Assembly (NCBI GenBank): GCA_050084985.1
Contig: JBITNC010000001.1
Span: 60,822,001-60,886,000 of the forward strand
DNA from: Nageia nagi
Lineage: Eukaryota; Plantae; Pinophyta
Reading direction: 5' to 3'
DNA length: 64,000 bases
The notes below the pieces were generated by a model. It did no database searches. It was not told the DNA's origin and saw nothing but the letters and a program-made list of their open reading frames with translations. Positions within the stretch are counted from its first letter, which is position 1. The number at the start of each line of letters is the position of its first letter. The position numbers and the translations under genes were made by a program. Of this stretch, positions 26,572-41,144 are shown one piece after another.

Positions 26572-28789
26572 GCTTCAAACTCATAAAATATCTACCAAAT
26601 ATAATATGAAAATCTAAAAGAGAATATAATGCTATTGTGTGTATGTAACTAACTAAAATAATAAAATTATTAAACCTATGAAAATATCTAAGCTACATAT
26701 TATATATATAGTTGTAACTTCTATATTTATGCTAATGATAATTGTATTTTGTCATTAGTGCTCAAAAACAACTAAAAAATATTGTTTTCATAATAGTAGA
26801 GAAATGTCAAGAGTTTGTTTTAAATTTATAATGCTTATACAATCCTACTAGAGTTTAGGAAGTAAAATTGAGATTGCTAATTATTCTAATCAATAGGAAG
26901 TATTTTCATTAAATCTAGTGGATGTGGATAAATATCATTGGGCTCCAAGAAACTTAGTTGTTATATGAGACTTTTAGGTTATGGGAATGTAGAAGGTATC
27001 TTGAATGATCATCAGATTGTAATCTTGTTCAAAAAGATGTTTTGGTAACAATTTAATTATATTCCAAGAAGTTACATGAAGGATGAAGTTCACCAAGTTC
27101 TGAAAAAAATTGTAAAATTAAAAGTTTGTTGGTTTCTAAGAAATTTCATCTTACTATAAGTTAGTCACACTATGGGAAAATGCATCAGTGAAGGATAGCA
27201 TTGGGCTTCAAGAATATGGTTTAGCAAATGAAAATTGTTATACTTTAGGGAGATTCACCTTCATCATTTTTGCTACCATTCTGAGTACCTATAAAATATT
27301 TCAAACTTTTCAAAACCTTAGGTGTTTAAAAAATAACTTACCTATTTAATGCAAGTTGCAATTTATATAATATCTTACCCCCTTCATTGACGATTTTGAA
27401 GAATCAAAATAGTCTATGAATTAGAGAGTAGAAATTAAGTAGGCAACATGCATGTAGGTTGGGTGGGATGGGATTGTAAAGAATTCATAAGATATTCATT
27501 AACTAAGTATAACAATATTCAAATATCAGTTAATCAAAAATTTTTATCAAATGTATGAAATAAAAAACATATTTTTATATAAATTTAATTATAATATTAA
27601 AATAAATCATTGGTTTACCATGCTTTACTATTGTTGATGGATCAATCTTCATTTGTGAGCCTTCTATCAAATAACCTTTTTGAGATGTTATGTGATGCTT
27701 GTAAGATAGGTTTGGAATGGACATGTAAATCTAAGAGGAAAAAGGAAGGGAGAGAGAGGATTAGAATATAGAAGAAGGGATAGGGAAAGAAGGAGGAGAG
27801 TAGGAAAGGGAGGAAAGAGGTCTTGGGAATAAGAAACAGACAAGATAAAGAGTAGTTGAGGTGAAGACTAAATACATATGTATGGACATGATGAAAATAT
27901 GAGTGATTTATGGTGGAGGATCATAGTGAATGGGATGAGGTGATAAACAACACATATTTACATAACCATTTTTGTAAAACTTATATTATAATATTCAAAC
28001 AATATCTTTACTTTATAAATATATTTATATTCTTCATCCTTTGATGCTCACACATCTTTCATGTGTATGCTATTTTATAAAAAAAATCTCATACTCTTTG
28101 CACATAATTTTTTTATTATTTTTTTATTGAACCCAATTGTCATTTCAAAAAGTGCTCATGTCCCTCGAGCATAATTTGACCTAAACCTATCAATTTTTTT
28201 TAAGTTATAGAGAATCGTATCTAGAATGTGGACATATTTTTTATTTTTCACAATTCATAAAATATAAAAAGTTATTAAATAATTATGAAACCCTACTTTT
28301 TGAAGCTTATGGATCCTCTTTCATTTTAAATTATATTAAAAATATAAAATCTAATCTAATTGTAAAACAAAGATCATATTTGAAATCTGCACTATCTCAT
28401 CTATAATCCTTCAAAATTTTGTGAAATAACTCTTTGAAAAACCTCATCAAATGCATGCCCAAATTTGGTAAATTCCATTTCAATTATTATGACCTTGAAT
28501 TTGCAGGTCTAAAGCAAAGGTTTGGGTCATCAAACCTATTTTCAAGCCTAGAACCAAAGCGAAAAAGGTGGGTGAAAATTTGAATTTAAACACTAGGATC
28601 TTAACCCCTAAGATCCCTACCCATATATATTAAAATGCCCATATAAAAGTATTTTATTTTTTAATTCATGTGCATCAATATTGTATGAACTTGTGAGACC
28701 TAATTTTGCAATTTTCTCTTCTTTTTGCAATTTTTCATTTGTTTTTTATGATTATAATAATTTCAAAGCAAGGAAAATTTTGAAAGGAG

Positions 28790-31465
28790 ATCATGGGATC
28801 AAAACAATGTCAAGTAAGAAAATATTTGAGGAACTTTACGCCTAAATAAGAAAAATCATATAAAGAGAGGGATGCATAGCAAAAAGAGAGAGAAGAGCAC
28901 ATTTGAGGCAAGTGAGGGATGTGGAAGCATCGAGTTCTACAACAATTGATATAGAGGAGAACATTCAAGACAACATTGAGGAGGAAAGAATTTGATTAGT
29001 TCACACTAAGGAGGAGAAAATTCAAGATATGAATGTAGATTATGCACACATGGAAGAGGAGGCTATGATTTTAGAAGCTTCATATCCACCTATTGATACG
29101 AATCCAATAGGTATGTATTCCAATCCACCTTTTGAAATGAATCCATCATGTATGTATTTAGATCCACCTTTGAAAGATAGTGATAACATTTTTTAAAAAA
29201 TGGAAGGTAATATCTTACATAATTTTCCTAAAGATAAGCTTTTATCTCAAATACATATAAGAAAATTGCAAGTAATATACATGAGGAATATTTCAAAGAT
29301 AAAGAGTTAGGAGTTCAATATCAACTCATGTTGCAATTAATGAGAATATAAAAAATGAGAAAAGTAATGAAAACCTCAAGCATTAATGTGAAATCAAAAA
29401 GGGAAGATGAACCCCTTAAACAAGTTATATTTACTATTTCTAGTGCCATTAGTTCTATTGAAAAAGAGAGTAGATCTAAAGATAAGAATGCAGCATGACA
29501 AGCTATAACAACTGCTTTAGTAAGCCAAACAACCTTAAACAAAAGAAAGGTTAGTGAATTATATATTCAATGTGAGTCATAAAATTTTCCAAAGGGAAGA
29601 TAAAGTATTGAAAGTGATCCAATCAACCAATGTTAGAGTTATAGTGGTAAACTCCCAAGGTCTATATAAAATTGACTAGCGAGATCAAGGCTATAATTGA
29701 AAAATTATGGTATTATAGAACAAGGGTATAACCACATTCTAGAGATGTTTTGAAATTAAAACCTAGGTCAAAATATCATTAATCTCATCCAAAACATCTA
29801 CTAGATATGATTCAAACTGAATTATATCAACAATTTGTAGAAGAGGGAGTGTTACAATCATTTAATATTGAAATAAGTCAAATATCATTTGAGAAATACA
29901 AACCTTGCTATGTTAGAATTAACAAATAAAGAGTAACATGTTGTTGCAAAACACATATGAAATTTTGATATTATTATGATGTTTTTCAAAACATAAATGG
30001 AGAGTTGCATAATAATGATTTGAGGCAAGAATGTGGTATTCATATACCACTTGAAACCATCAAGGATTTTATAACAAGTTTTTTTGTCCACCTCCTCATG
30101 AGCAATCATTTTATTCAAATGCATGTATTACAATATAATGTGATAGATGTCAAAACTTTTTATTACTAGGAGATTGTATGCATGAAATTAGTATGCATGA
30201 TTTTGGATAACAAGATATAGATGTTAGAATATTCAATAATGTTGAGTATGATTTGAAGGATGGAAAATTTGGAAAGCATGTTGATTTGATCATTGAAATC
30301 ATAAAAATGCATACATTCATGGATGATTTTAATACAAAGTATCTACCAAAATATTTGAAATACTCCCAAAATGCTTTATGGCTTGATAGTCAATTTCGTT
30401 AATGGAGAAACACATTTTCAATTGGAATTATATTATCAATTTTGAATTTGCCAAAAATTATACTCTTAAACCACAATAAAAATTTAGTCTCAATATTATA
30501 ATTCAATTCAATTTACCATTTTCATATATATTGTATTAAGATATGTAGATGATAGTATTGAAGAGAATAAAAAAGTTTTGAGGGAGTACCATTCCTATGT
30601 GAGTTATAATTGACTACACTTATCATAGTTTGTCCAATATTGTTTTAAGGTATTTTACAATAATTTGGATAAAAGAGGAATTTAGATGGTAAAAAATTTC
30701 ATATGGTTAGATAATTACATGGGATAGTTTCAAAATTCATGAATGTTTTATTGGCTAAGTAGGGTTCATAAAGAAAAAAATATCAAACATATATGGAGTT
30801 TTATTGAATAAATACATGGTAAAAAAGAACATGATGGAGTAAGTGCATGTGTTAAAAGAGCTCTTGTTAGAAAGCAATTAAAATTTGGTGATATAATAAA
30901 TTTAAATATGCCCATGAAATTATGGAATGGTGTTGTATAACATAATCTATAGGATCAAGTCAAAATTCTATAGTTTAACAATACTTTTGGTTAGTTGAGA
31001 AAGATAATATTTTGAATCATCTCAATTGTGATACAATCATGGATCAAGAAAGTGGCATTCATTTAAGAGTTCAAAAGCACACACTTAGATTATATGGATA
31101 AAAAAGCTTACATATTTTTATGAGACTTGTATTGTAGGTGATTCAAAATCATGTGGAAATATAGAATGGGTTAAGGAATGGAAACAAAGATCTTTGACGC
31201 CTTCACAATCCCATGATGATGAACAAGAAATAATAATTGAAGATGAGCTATTTATATTAGAAGACCATGATCATATTTTAGACCTTGAACAAGAAGGTAA
31301 TTTAAATTCAATTTATCTATATTCTTGAAAATGTACATTTTAAAATATATTATGTTAGTTTTATACATTGAACACTTTATAGATATAAATTTTATTTATA
31401 GAATATGTGTATGTTGTTTTTGCACCTGAAGGGAATGAAGAGGTAATAGGGTATTGGTTAGCTCT
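28790..31465 (+). mobile_element. Decayed DDE transposase of Sola2-like type, N-terminal and catalytic part
   Basis: Ordered motifs EFAKNYTLKPQ...SQYYNSIQFTIF (~30445-30525), FIWLDNYMG*FQNS*MFYWL (~30700-30755), IWSFIE*IHGKKEHDGVSACVKRAL (~30790-30865) and KLTYFYETCIVGDSKSCGNIEWV. These fit the DFAENY / SD..QFKN / HGKG..DG pattern. A probable intron lies near 31298-31400. Confidence 0.65.
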
Positions 31466-32017
31466 TGTTGGAATGTATAATGCATTATTGTAAAGGTTTA
31501 TAATAATCTTCTATATAAGTTCACTAATACTTAAGGGTATCATTTGATGCCTTAAGTATTTAAGTGAATATGATAATGTAACTTGTCCTACACTCCATGT
31601 CATGAGCATATCCCTTAGGTAAAAGGATGTGTATGTCATGCTTTTGTACTTTAGATAAAAGGGTGATCCAAAGAGGGATTTTGGCCTATAAATAGAATGA
31701 TCTCTCTTTGTAATCACACATCAATTTGTGGAGTAAAGTTATGCTATAGGGTAGTCTTTAGGAGAAAAATGTGAGAAGATTATAAGAGTTCATATTTGTT
31801 AAGAAGAGAGATCTAGTTAGTGGATGTACTTCTAATTGGAGGAACCGCTTACATATTTTGTTATCTTTGTGAGTTTGTTAGATGTGTATTGTGAGATTTC
31901 ATGTAATCTTGAGAATATAGAGTTATTTAATTTATACTTCAAATATCTGAGCTTTATGTATTGATAAAAACATAAGTTAACTCAACCTATGTGATGATGA
32001 TGGATTTATTTATCCAA
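31466..32017 (+). repeat. 5' LTR of copia element 1
   Basis: TGTTGGAATG start; roughly 90% identical by eye to 36785-37341. Confidence 0.92.
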
Positions 32018-35000
32018 ACTTTTTACTTAAATTAAAGCATATTCCTTAAAGATTTAATTTAAGTAAAAAGGGAGGAATGATATGGATATTTTTTTACTTA
32101 ATTTTACTTAAGGGTTAATGATACATGCTTAAATTTTGTTTTTAAGCTATGAGAATGATGCATAAAAAAAAATTTAATGCCTCTCTAAAGATAATATTGC
32201 ATGCTTAAGACTTAAAATTTTAAGTTAATATTGCATGCTTAGGACTTATATTTTGAACATATTTATGACTTAAATTCCTTAAATTAAAATGATGCATATT
32301 TATACTTAGTGCTTAATTTTTTAAGTTAATGATGCATGTTTAGGACTTAATTTAAATGCTTAGGACTTATTTTTTTCATTCAATATTACATGCTCATTAC
32401 TTAAAAACTTAAGTTATGATGCAATTTACTTCCTTATGCAAGAATAAACTTATGCAAAATTAGGAATGATGTAAAATATGTCCTTTAGGGGTTGGTAAAT
32501 AAAACCCATTTGACACTTAGGTTTCAAATTTGTGAATGGATGATATTTTACTTATGCTCTTTTACTTCATATTTTGCTTTTTGATTTATTTTCTTATACA
32601 AATAAAAATGCAAATATTGAAATGAGCAACCCCCTAAAATGAATACATCCACATGTACATTTTGCAACATAACTTATTTGGGGAGCCATGAGGTGAGGAC
32701 AAGTGGACTAGAGCCTTTAAGTTTGAAAATACAAATGGTCAAAAGTCTATACTTCTCAATTGCCCCTAAGTCCTTTGTTGGTATGGACATAACTCTAATA
32801 GATGGATAGGCATGTGTGTAGTGATACCATATGTCTACACATCCATTCAAATATTATCTTGATAACCTAGAAGGACAACTTAAAACCTAATCAAGATTAA
32901 TAATTTGGCCAATCCAATAAACATCATAACCTTGGAAAATAGTAGGTACTTCTCTTTGTAAGAAAGTATAATATTGATCAAGGCAAACTAGTTGAGGATT
33001 GGTACTACTTGGGCTTATCTTTTGTGGGCATCCAAGTAAAGGATTAATTTTTAGACAAGAAAACAAGCCTCAACAATGTAACTCTACATCTACAATTCTT
33101 GAGATAAGAAATGTATTTGGGTACATGGGATGTATATTTGAGTTGTAAAATATTTGGACTTATGAATCAAAACAAGCATGTATTTTGTGTTAAAATTAAC
33201 ATGTATTATTTATTTGGTTAAAACTTAACATATAATGTTATTTATTAAATCACATGTTTATTAATTTTTTTCACATCCTTATGTAGCAAATGGGAGAATC
33301 TTTTTTACCCAAACATATTATTGATGGTTCCAAATTTGGTATTTGGGAACATTGGATGAGAGCTAAATTATAGGCAAGGAAACTTTGGTAAATAGTGAAT
33401 GAGAACCTTATACCTTCTATAGATGAGAAGGCACTAGAGTCTTATAACATGAAGAATGAATTGGAAACCTCCATGATCTTCCATCCAATTTTAGATGATG
33501 TGCTCTTGATAATTTCCCCTTTAACCTCTGTAAAGAAAGATTGGGATAAGCTTAAGCAAATATATGGAAGGTTTGCCTTTAATTTCTTCTTTAATTGGTC
33601 TATGTGAGAAGTGCATTCTTGGTAAGATGCATAGACAAAATTTTGAAAAAGATAAGGCAACAAGAGCATCTCAACCTTTTTAATTTGTGCATTTAGATAT
33701 AATGGGTTCATTTTAGACTAAGTCACTTGGAGGAGCATCTTACATATTGACCTTCATTGATGACCTTAGTAGAATAACCTTTGTGTATCTACTTAAGCAC
33801 AAGGTTCAAACCTTTGAGAGTTTTAAATTTTTTAAGGCCTTTGTTGAAAATAAAACTTACCTTAAAATCAAGATGTTGAGATTAGATAATGGGGAAGAAT
33901 ATAACAATAATGAGTTCAATAACTATTATGCTAAGTATAGAATCAAGAGCCAATTTATGATTCCTTACACTCCACAATAGGATGGTGTTATCAAAAGGAA
34001 AAATAGAATAATTATAGAGATGGGTAGATGCATTTTGGGCAATCTTCCTAGCTTCTTATGGGGTGAAGTTGTGAGCACTACTATTTACACCTTGAATAGG
34101 TGTCCCACAAAAGTTGTTCAAGGTAAAACTACTTTTGAGGCATGGTTAAGAAGAAAACCTAACATTTCTCACCTTGGGGTGTTTAGTTGTGAAGCATTCT
34201 CCTATATTATTTCTAAGAAAATAAAAAAGTTGAACAAAAAGGTTGAAAAATGCATCTTTATAGGTTATGACAGTCAGCATAGAGGCTATAGGCTCTACTC
34301 TCCATCCTATAAAGTAGTATTTATTTCAAGGGATGTAAAGTTCAATGAACTTCTTAAAGAATCTACTTCTAAAGAGGATGTTGATGATCCAAAGGATTCT
34401 TTATTTGCACCTAGTTGGTTAGATATTGATGTAGACAAGTCATCTCAAGAATAAATTCTCCAACAAAAAGGGTAACAAGTAGCCTGACCTTGAACAAATC
34501 TTTATTTGTCAAGATTGACAACAAGCATGAGCCCTCAACCTTCAAAGAAGCTTCAAAGCATGAGTGCTAGATGGAAGTTGTGAAAGTGGAGTATGAGGTG
34601 CTTATAAAAAATAAAACTTGGAACTTGGTTCCTTATCCTAATGAGAAGAATGTGATTGGCAATAAGTGGATACACAAGATTAAGTTCAATTTATTTGGAG
34701 ATATTGGAAATACAAGGCAAGGTTAGTAACCAAAGGTTTTGCTTAGAAATACGATGTAAATTATGAAGAAACCTTTTCTCATATGGAAAATATGCCTACA
34801 ATGAGAATTATCCTTGCTCTTTCTGTAGCTCAAAAATAAAAAGTTTTTCAACTTGACGTCAAGAGTGCATTTCTCAATGGTGACTTAGATGTGGAAATCT
34901 TCATGAATCAACCAAAAGGATTTATTATGGAAGGCAAAGAATCCTTTGTGTGCAAGTTAAAGAAGTCATTATATGGACTTAAGTAAGCACCTAGAGCTAG

Positions 35001-36784
35001 GTATAGGAAGATTTCAAGGTATTTTATAGACATTGATTTATCCAAGTGCTTTTCAAACTCCAATTTAAATGTGCTCACTCAAGAAAAAGACATGGTCTTG
35101 ATTCTCCTTTATGTGGATGGTCTTTATATAACTGGAATTAATGATGAAATCATTCAAGAGTGCATATCTAAACTTAATGCAACATTTGAAATAATTGATC
35201 TTGGTCTCTTGCACTACTATCTTAGAATGCAAGTGTATCAATACAAGGATTGTACTTATCTCAGTCAATCTAACTATATATCAGACATCTTGCAAAAGTT
35301 TGGAATGGAGTGTAGATATGCTACAATCCCAATCTCTCTTGAAATCATTATTTCTCTAAGCTCCAGCTCTCAGTTAGCTAATGTTATAGCTTACATGTAA
35401 TTAATTGGTAGTCTTTTTTATTTGACTATATCCAAACTAGATATTGCCTTTGTAATGAATCTGATGGCATGATTCATGTAGAAACCATATGTTGAGCACC
35501 TCAATGCTATTAAGCAAATCTTGAGGTATGTTGTAAGGATTAAGGATCTTGCTCTCAAGTATTCTAAGTTACCCTCATTTATTCTCTCTAAATTCTTAGA
35601 TTCTGATTATGGGGGAGATAGAGATGATAAGAAATTAACCTTTGTGTATGTGTTTAGCATTGGTTCAAGTGCTATCTCTTGGGCTTTTAAGAAGTATCTT
35701 ATTGTTTCTCTTTTCACCATAGAAGCTAAATACTATGCCATGCCTATTGTAGCCTAAGAATCCATTTGGCTATGGCATCTTCTAAAAGAAATTGGGTATG
35801 AGCAAGGTGGCTCATCTTTGATTTCTTCAAATAATTAGTTAGCTATTTCTTTGGCTAAGAATCCTATGTTCCACAAAAGAATAAAACATGTGGAAATCCA
35901 TGCCTATTTTATCATAGAGAAGGTTCTTGATGGCATCATACACCTAGAGTATTGTCCATCCACCTTGAACTCTACTAATTTGTTCACTAATCCCCTCTTG
36001 AAAGCTCAATTATGTAAGCTTAGGGATGCTATTAGGTTGATGAAGTTGCCCTTAAGGGGAAGTGAAATTTGAATTCTTGTATTGAATTCATGTTTATGAT
36101 GACAAATTCACCCCTAGGAGGATTTTGTGCTGTATAGTGTTGATTTTTGTTGTACACCTTCATGGTAAGTTTTCTCTACATGAAGAACTTGTACAAATTT
36201 TTAAAGCAAAAGATTGGCGAATCTAGCATTATTCAGTTATCCATATGTAAGGAACTCTTATGTGTCTTTTAACATTATTCAGTTATCCATATGTGGGGAA
36301 CTTATAAGTGCATGCTCTATGTTGTAATGATAATCAACACATGTTTTATATATAGTAGGTGACTATGAGTTTTTGACATGGCATCTTTGTGATGACTTAT
36401 AGTGCGCCATTGGTCAGTTCATGATGGCATTTGTGTGATTCATCTATCCTTGTTGATATGAATATGTTGCATCTAACTAATCTTGTTATTTAATTTGCTT
36501 ATGACTTACAAGTTCCTTGAGATTACAGGTTACTTACTTCAAGTATGCAAGCTCTTTTTAGACTCTTCATGACTTCCAATTGGATGACTATTTCATGTAC
36601 ATTGAAATCAGTTGTGGTTAATGATTGTATTTGGTAAAGTAGTGAGTCTCCAACTAGATCTTTCTTACTTCATAAGTATGTAAAAAGTTCTCTTCTTTGT
36701 TATATCTATTTGAAAGAGAACTCTCTTACTTTCTCTCTTTCTTCTCTCTTATTTTCTCTATCCCAATATTGCATTAAGGGAGAG

Positions 36785-37341
36785 TGTTGGAATGTATAGT
36801 GCATTATTGTAAAGGTTTATAATAATCTTCTATGTAAGTTCACTAATAATTAAGAGTATCATTTGATACCTTAAGTATTTAAGTAAATATGATAATGTAA
36901 CTTGTGCTACACTCCATGTCATGAGCATGCCCCTTAGGTAAAAGGATGTGCATGTCATGCTTTTGTACATTGGATAAAAAGGTAATCCAAAGAGGGATTT
37001 TGACATATAAATAGAAGACTCTCTTTTTGTGATCACATATCAATTTGTGGAGTAAAGTTACACTATAAGATAGTGATTAGGAGAAAAGTGTAGGAGGATT
37101 GTAAGAGTTCATATTTGTTAAGAAGAGAGATCTAATTAGTGGATGTACTCTTAGTTGGAGGAACCACTTACATCTTGTGTTATCTTTGTGAGTTTGTTAG
37201 ATGTGTATTGTGAGCTTTCATGTAATCTTGGGAATATAGAGTTATTTAGTTTATACTTCAAATATCTTAGCTTGATGTATTGATAAAAAACATAAGATAA
37301 CTCAACCTTTATGTGATGATGATGGATTTATTTATCCAACA
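36785..37341 (+). repeat. 3' LTR of copia element 1
   Basis: Follows the PPT; TGTTGG...TCCAACA. Confidence 0.92.
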
Positions 37342-37419
37342 AGATTGTATATATGTTCTTCTTAAGCTATTTTATTATCTACTCTCTAGATATTTCTTTA
37401 GACTATTTATCATATTTTC

Positions 37420-37730
37420 CAAATTTTAATAATGATGGATAAATCATGGTTATATCCAATAGGTTTTGTGGTGGTTGTTGGCACATGGCTATGAAAATAT
37501 ATTATAAGAAAAGTAATTAGTTTTCCTACATTCAAAGATTATGAAATAACTAAGAAGATTCTACATTACTCACATTTGATATTGGCAACAAATATCAAAC
37601 AATTCAATTATAAAGGGAGGCCTACTAATAGAGTGTTGTGGACCCTTTCATTACATGACCATGAGATTATTATAGATGCATTACAAAAAAGAGAGGATGC
37701 ATATGGTACAATGAATTGTAAAATAAAGGT
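37420..37730 (+). mobile_element. C-terminal continuation of the Sola2-like transposase after the copia insertion
   Basis: YPIGFVVVVGTWL*KY...ILHYSHLILATNIK...LWTLSLHDHEIIIDAL continues the frame broken at ...APEGNEEVIGYWLA (31465); overlaps ORF 37576..37884. Confidence 0.5.
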
Positions 37731-38199
37731 AAGCTTAAACAGTGAAGTATTTGAATTTTCTAAATTAAATACAATTATGTTATATATATTTAACTCACAT
37801 TCCCTTACACATTTTGTTGATAGTTGTAAGGAGAGGACTTGTACAATCACATCACTATTTGAATCATTAAATGATATCTCTTGACACCACCTATCATTTT
37901 GGGTTTGTACTTGAAATCATGAATATGATATATTTATGACTTGTATATATTGCATGATGATATTTCATTTAGACTATATTGTGATGATATTTCTATTTGA
38001 ATTATGTATATATATTGATTTATGATATGTGGGATAATTAGTTATTTTTTAGGACATACATATAATATATTTCTTCCCCTCCCCTTACCTAGGTTCTTCC
38101 CTTCCCCTTCCCCTTCTCCCCTCAAAAAATTTTAGAGTTAAAAAAATACAAAGCTAAAAAATGATTTTAGCTAAAAATATTTTAGGGTCTTAGTATAAC

Positions 38200-38285
38200 A
38201 CTAAACCCTTAAAACCTTAAACCCTAATCCCTAACCTTACCTATTTAAACATAAATATTAAACCTTAACCTCACAACCTAAACAT
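38200..38285 (-). repeat. Degenerate telomere-like (CCCTAAA) tract
   Basis: taaacccttaaaaccttaaaccctaatccctaacc and similar variants. Confidence 0.6.
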
Positions 38286-41144
38286 CAATACCTCCTCCTA
38301 ATTGATCACCACTCAAACATAACCCAAGTACAAGATCCTTTAAGTATAAGTTCATAGTTTAATGTGCTTGATTGGTAGTGGGGTACCTTATTTAAATGAT
38401 TGGAAAAGTTAGATTTATGATTTCTATTCATGAGTGACTAAATTCTAACTAAATTTGGATGAAAATAAATTTCATCACATATACATTAGGTGATGATTCA
38501 ACTTAGATTCAATTTGGGATAGGAGTGATTTTCATTAGAAACTGATTGATAACTAAGATAGTTTGACCATTTTCACTAATTTGTTTCATAGATTATTAGG
38601 AGTATTTTTAGGACATCATTGTGAGAGAATATTTCTTTTATAAAGATAAATTATATATTATTTTTCATTTTTCATAGTATTTTGTTACATGCTTTACCTT
38701 AAGTCCATTATGTTCATGTTTAAGCGTTTTGAATGAGTACATCCATATGTATTATTAATCCACTTTTAAGTTGTATGAATATTAAACTAAAAGTAAGTTG
38801 TACATTGGCTAATCTACCTTTAATTTCTACATTAAGGTTGTATTTCATTACTTGGCTGTATTTTATTAAGGTTGTTTAAGTTTTTTTGAATGAGTATATA
38901 TTATTTAATTTGGAATTTTAACAAAAAAGGTTGTATGAACATTAAATTCAAAGTTTGTTACATTATCTAATCCACCTTTAATTACATCTAAATATAAACA
39001 TAAACATAAATTTTAATCTCATCCATAAATTAAACCTGATCTATGCTAGTTCATTAGGAATCAATCCATCAACATATGATATATCCTCCTAAAATGATGG
39101 TGTGGATTAACCATGATATATCACATGGTAAACACTACATCTATGAAGTGTAGATATCTCGAGCGAGCTGCTAGTCCCTCCAACTCCACTAGGTCTTCAG
39201 CCATGAACTCAACCTCAGTGAACTTAGCTGCCACATTGGTAATTTTTTAAGTGAGGTTCTCCATAAGATGAATCAATGATCCAAGGGACAAAACCATGGT
39301 TGTATTATGTACATGTGTGATTACAAAAGCTCTAAGAGGACTAAGAAGAGGTGCAACATGGGTAGGTCATCTAGGATCAAGTCATGCCCTTAGCCTCTAT
39401 TGTGAACTACCCATACCAACATCTTGAAATTCATGAATATCAAAATAATTAGGATTTTTCCCAATAACAAACTCCACCCATAAATACTTAATGAAATAAA
39501 ATGGTATATCACTTCCACCACTATGTGGTGGATGATCAAAGACCATCCACCATTGGTCAAAAAAATGCATAGTGATCCCCTCATGCATACACCAAAAAAT
39601 AGAAATTATCTTTTAGGTGAGTGCCATTGGTTCTCCACTTTTAGGATTCCTAAAATATTGACCTAAATCTCCTTTTGTAATGGAAAAGTCTCATTAATTT
39701 ATCTTTAGGATAGGCCATCACTTTAAAACCTCCTCCTCTCCTCTCTATATGATTAAAAATCATCAATTGTTTGATCTATGGATGTAACCATATCAACTAT
39801 GGTTTGAATTAAAGTTGCAAACCATGTAAGGTGGGGGTAGATAACCCTATGCTATAGTATCTCCTAAATTATACCCTGAATAAAGGTGATGTTCTCAAAC
39901 TATATTTTCTTAGAATCAAGCATCTTTAGATAATGGGGGGTATTGAGGCTCATGGGAAAGAGGTGGGCTATTTTATGATGGATCCATGGATATATACAAA
40001 TGGTAATCTACATGAATTAACAATTAGAAGAATAAATATAAATACATTAAATTTAAAGATCTATAAGTCCTAACATTCTAGTTCAAATCTAGATAATATT
40101 AAATTGAAACAATAATAAAATATTCACTAAACATCCATGTCATTTAGTTCAAACCTTTTAAACATGCAACATGAAACAATAACAAAGCTTTAAAGAGATC
40201 AGGTTAAAGGAATATGAACATGGATAGACCTAAAAAGATTGTAAATCATTAAGAGTATGAGCGATTTTTGATAGAGGAAGGAAATATGCTTGAAGGTAGT
40301 TAAAAATGGTAATAGGTTGGTAAATGAAATAACTAAGAAGTTAAAAATGGTAATTTAGGTTTGTCATAATTTAAGGACAACAAAGACCCTTATGTAAATT
40401 CATGTTTGGTCTTGCCTTCTATTGGTTCTCTTTCATAATCAATGTTATTCAAATTGATAAATATGAAATGCTTAATCATGTTATTATATGGTGGGAGATC
40501 TATCCTTAGCCCTAATATGAGAAGGATAGGTGAGAGCATGTAAAACCCCTAAGTGATGAATTTGAGTTATCTTATAATTTATAAGTATTATAACATATTT
40601 CTAAGAATGATGTTTCTAAGTGATATATTTGAGTTTCCCTAAATGCTATGGGATCCTAATGAATTTATAACTTTTTCATGAAGGGCTCCATAAGCTAGAG
40701 GATAACCTTGATTTTCATTTTCTACAAAAGAAGTAAGAGAATCAAAAGCAAGCCCCCATTTGCATAAGAAAAGGCTACTTGAATCCTAAAGAACCATTAA
40801 ACTCCTAAGATCTTGTCTATATTTGGAGAAGGCCCCTCATCCTAAAGAAACATGTAAGTGAAAGCTACATTAGGATATATTTATTAATAGTGTCAATCAT
40901 TACAAGTATTAAAGAATTAATAAGATCAAAAATCACATTACAAAGTTATTAAAGAATTAATATAGAAGATCAATTGAAAGTAAAAGATTAATTAGGGGGT
41001 GTGACTTAGTATCATAATGTAAGTTGTTAAGACTCTAAGCTCAATATCAGAGGAATTTCTAGATATATGGATGAAAATCAAGGTAGAATAATCTTAAAGG
41101 ATGAATTGAAAATGGATCATTTAGGGGATTTTTTCCCTAGGGTA

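Larger units (their letters stand above)
31466..37341 (+). mobile_element. Ty1/copia retrotransposon with two LTRs, internally deleted and non-functional
   Basis: LTRs 31466-~32017 and 36785-~37341. Gag start IDGSKFGIWEHWMRAKL (~33290), integrase TFIDDLSR/LRLDNGEEY/PYTPQ, RT (QLDVKSAFLNG, LLYVDGL) and RNaseH (DSDYGGDRDDKK, KHVEIH). PPT aagggagag. No TSD or PBS was found. Confidence 0.93.
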
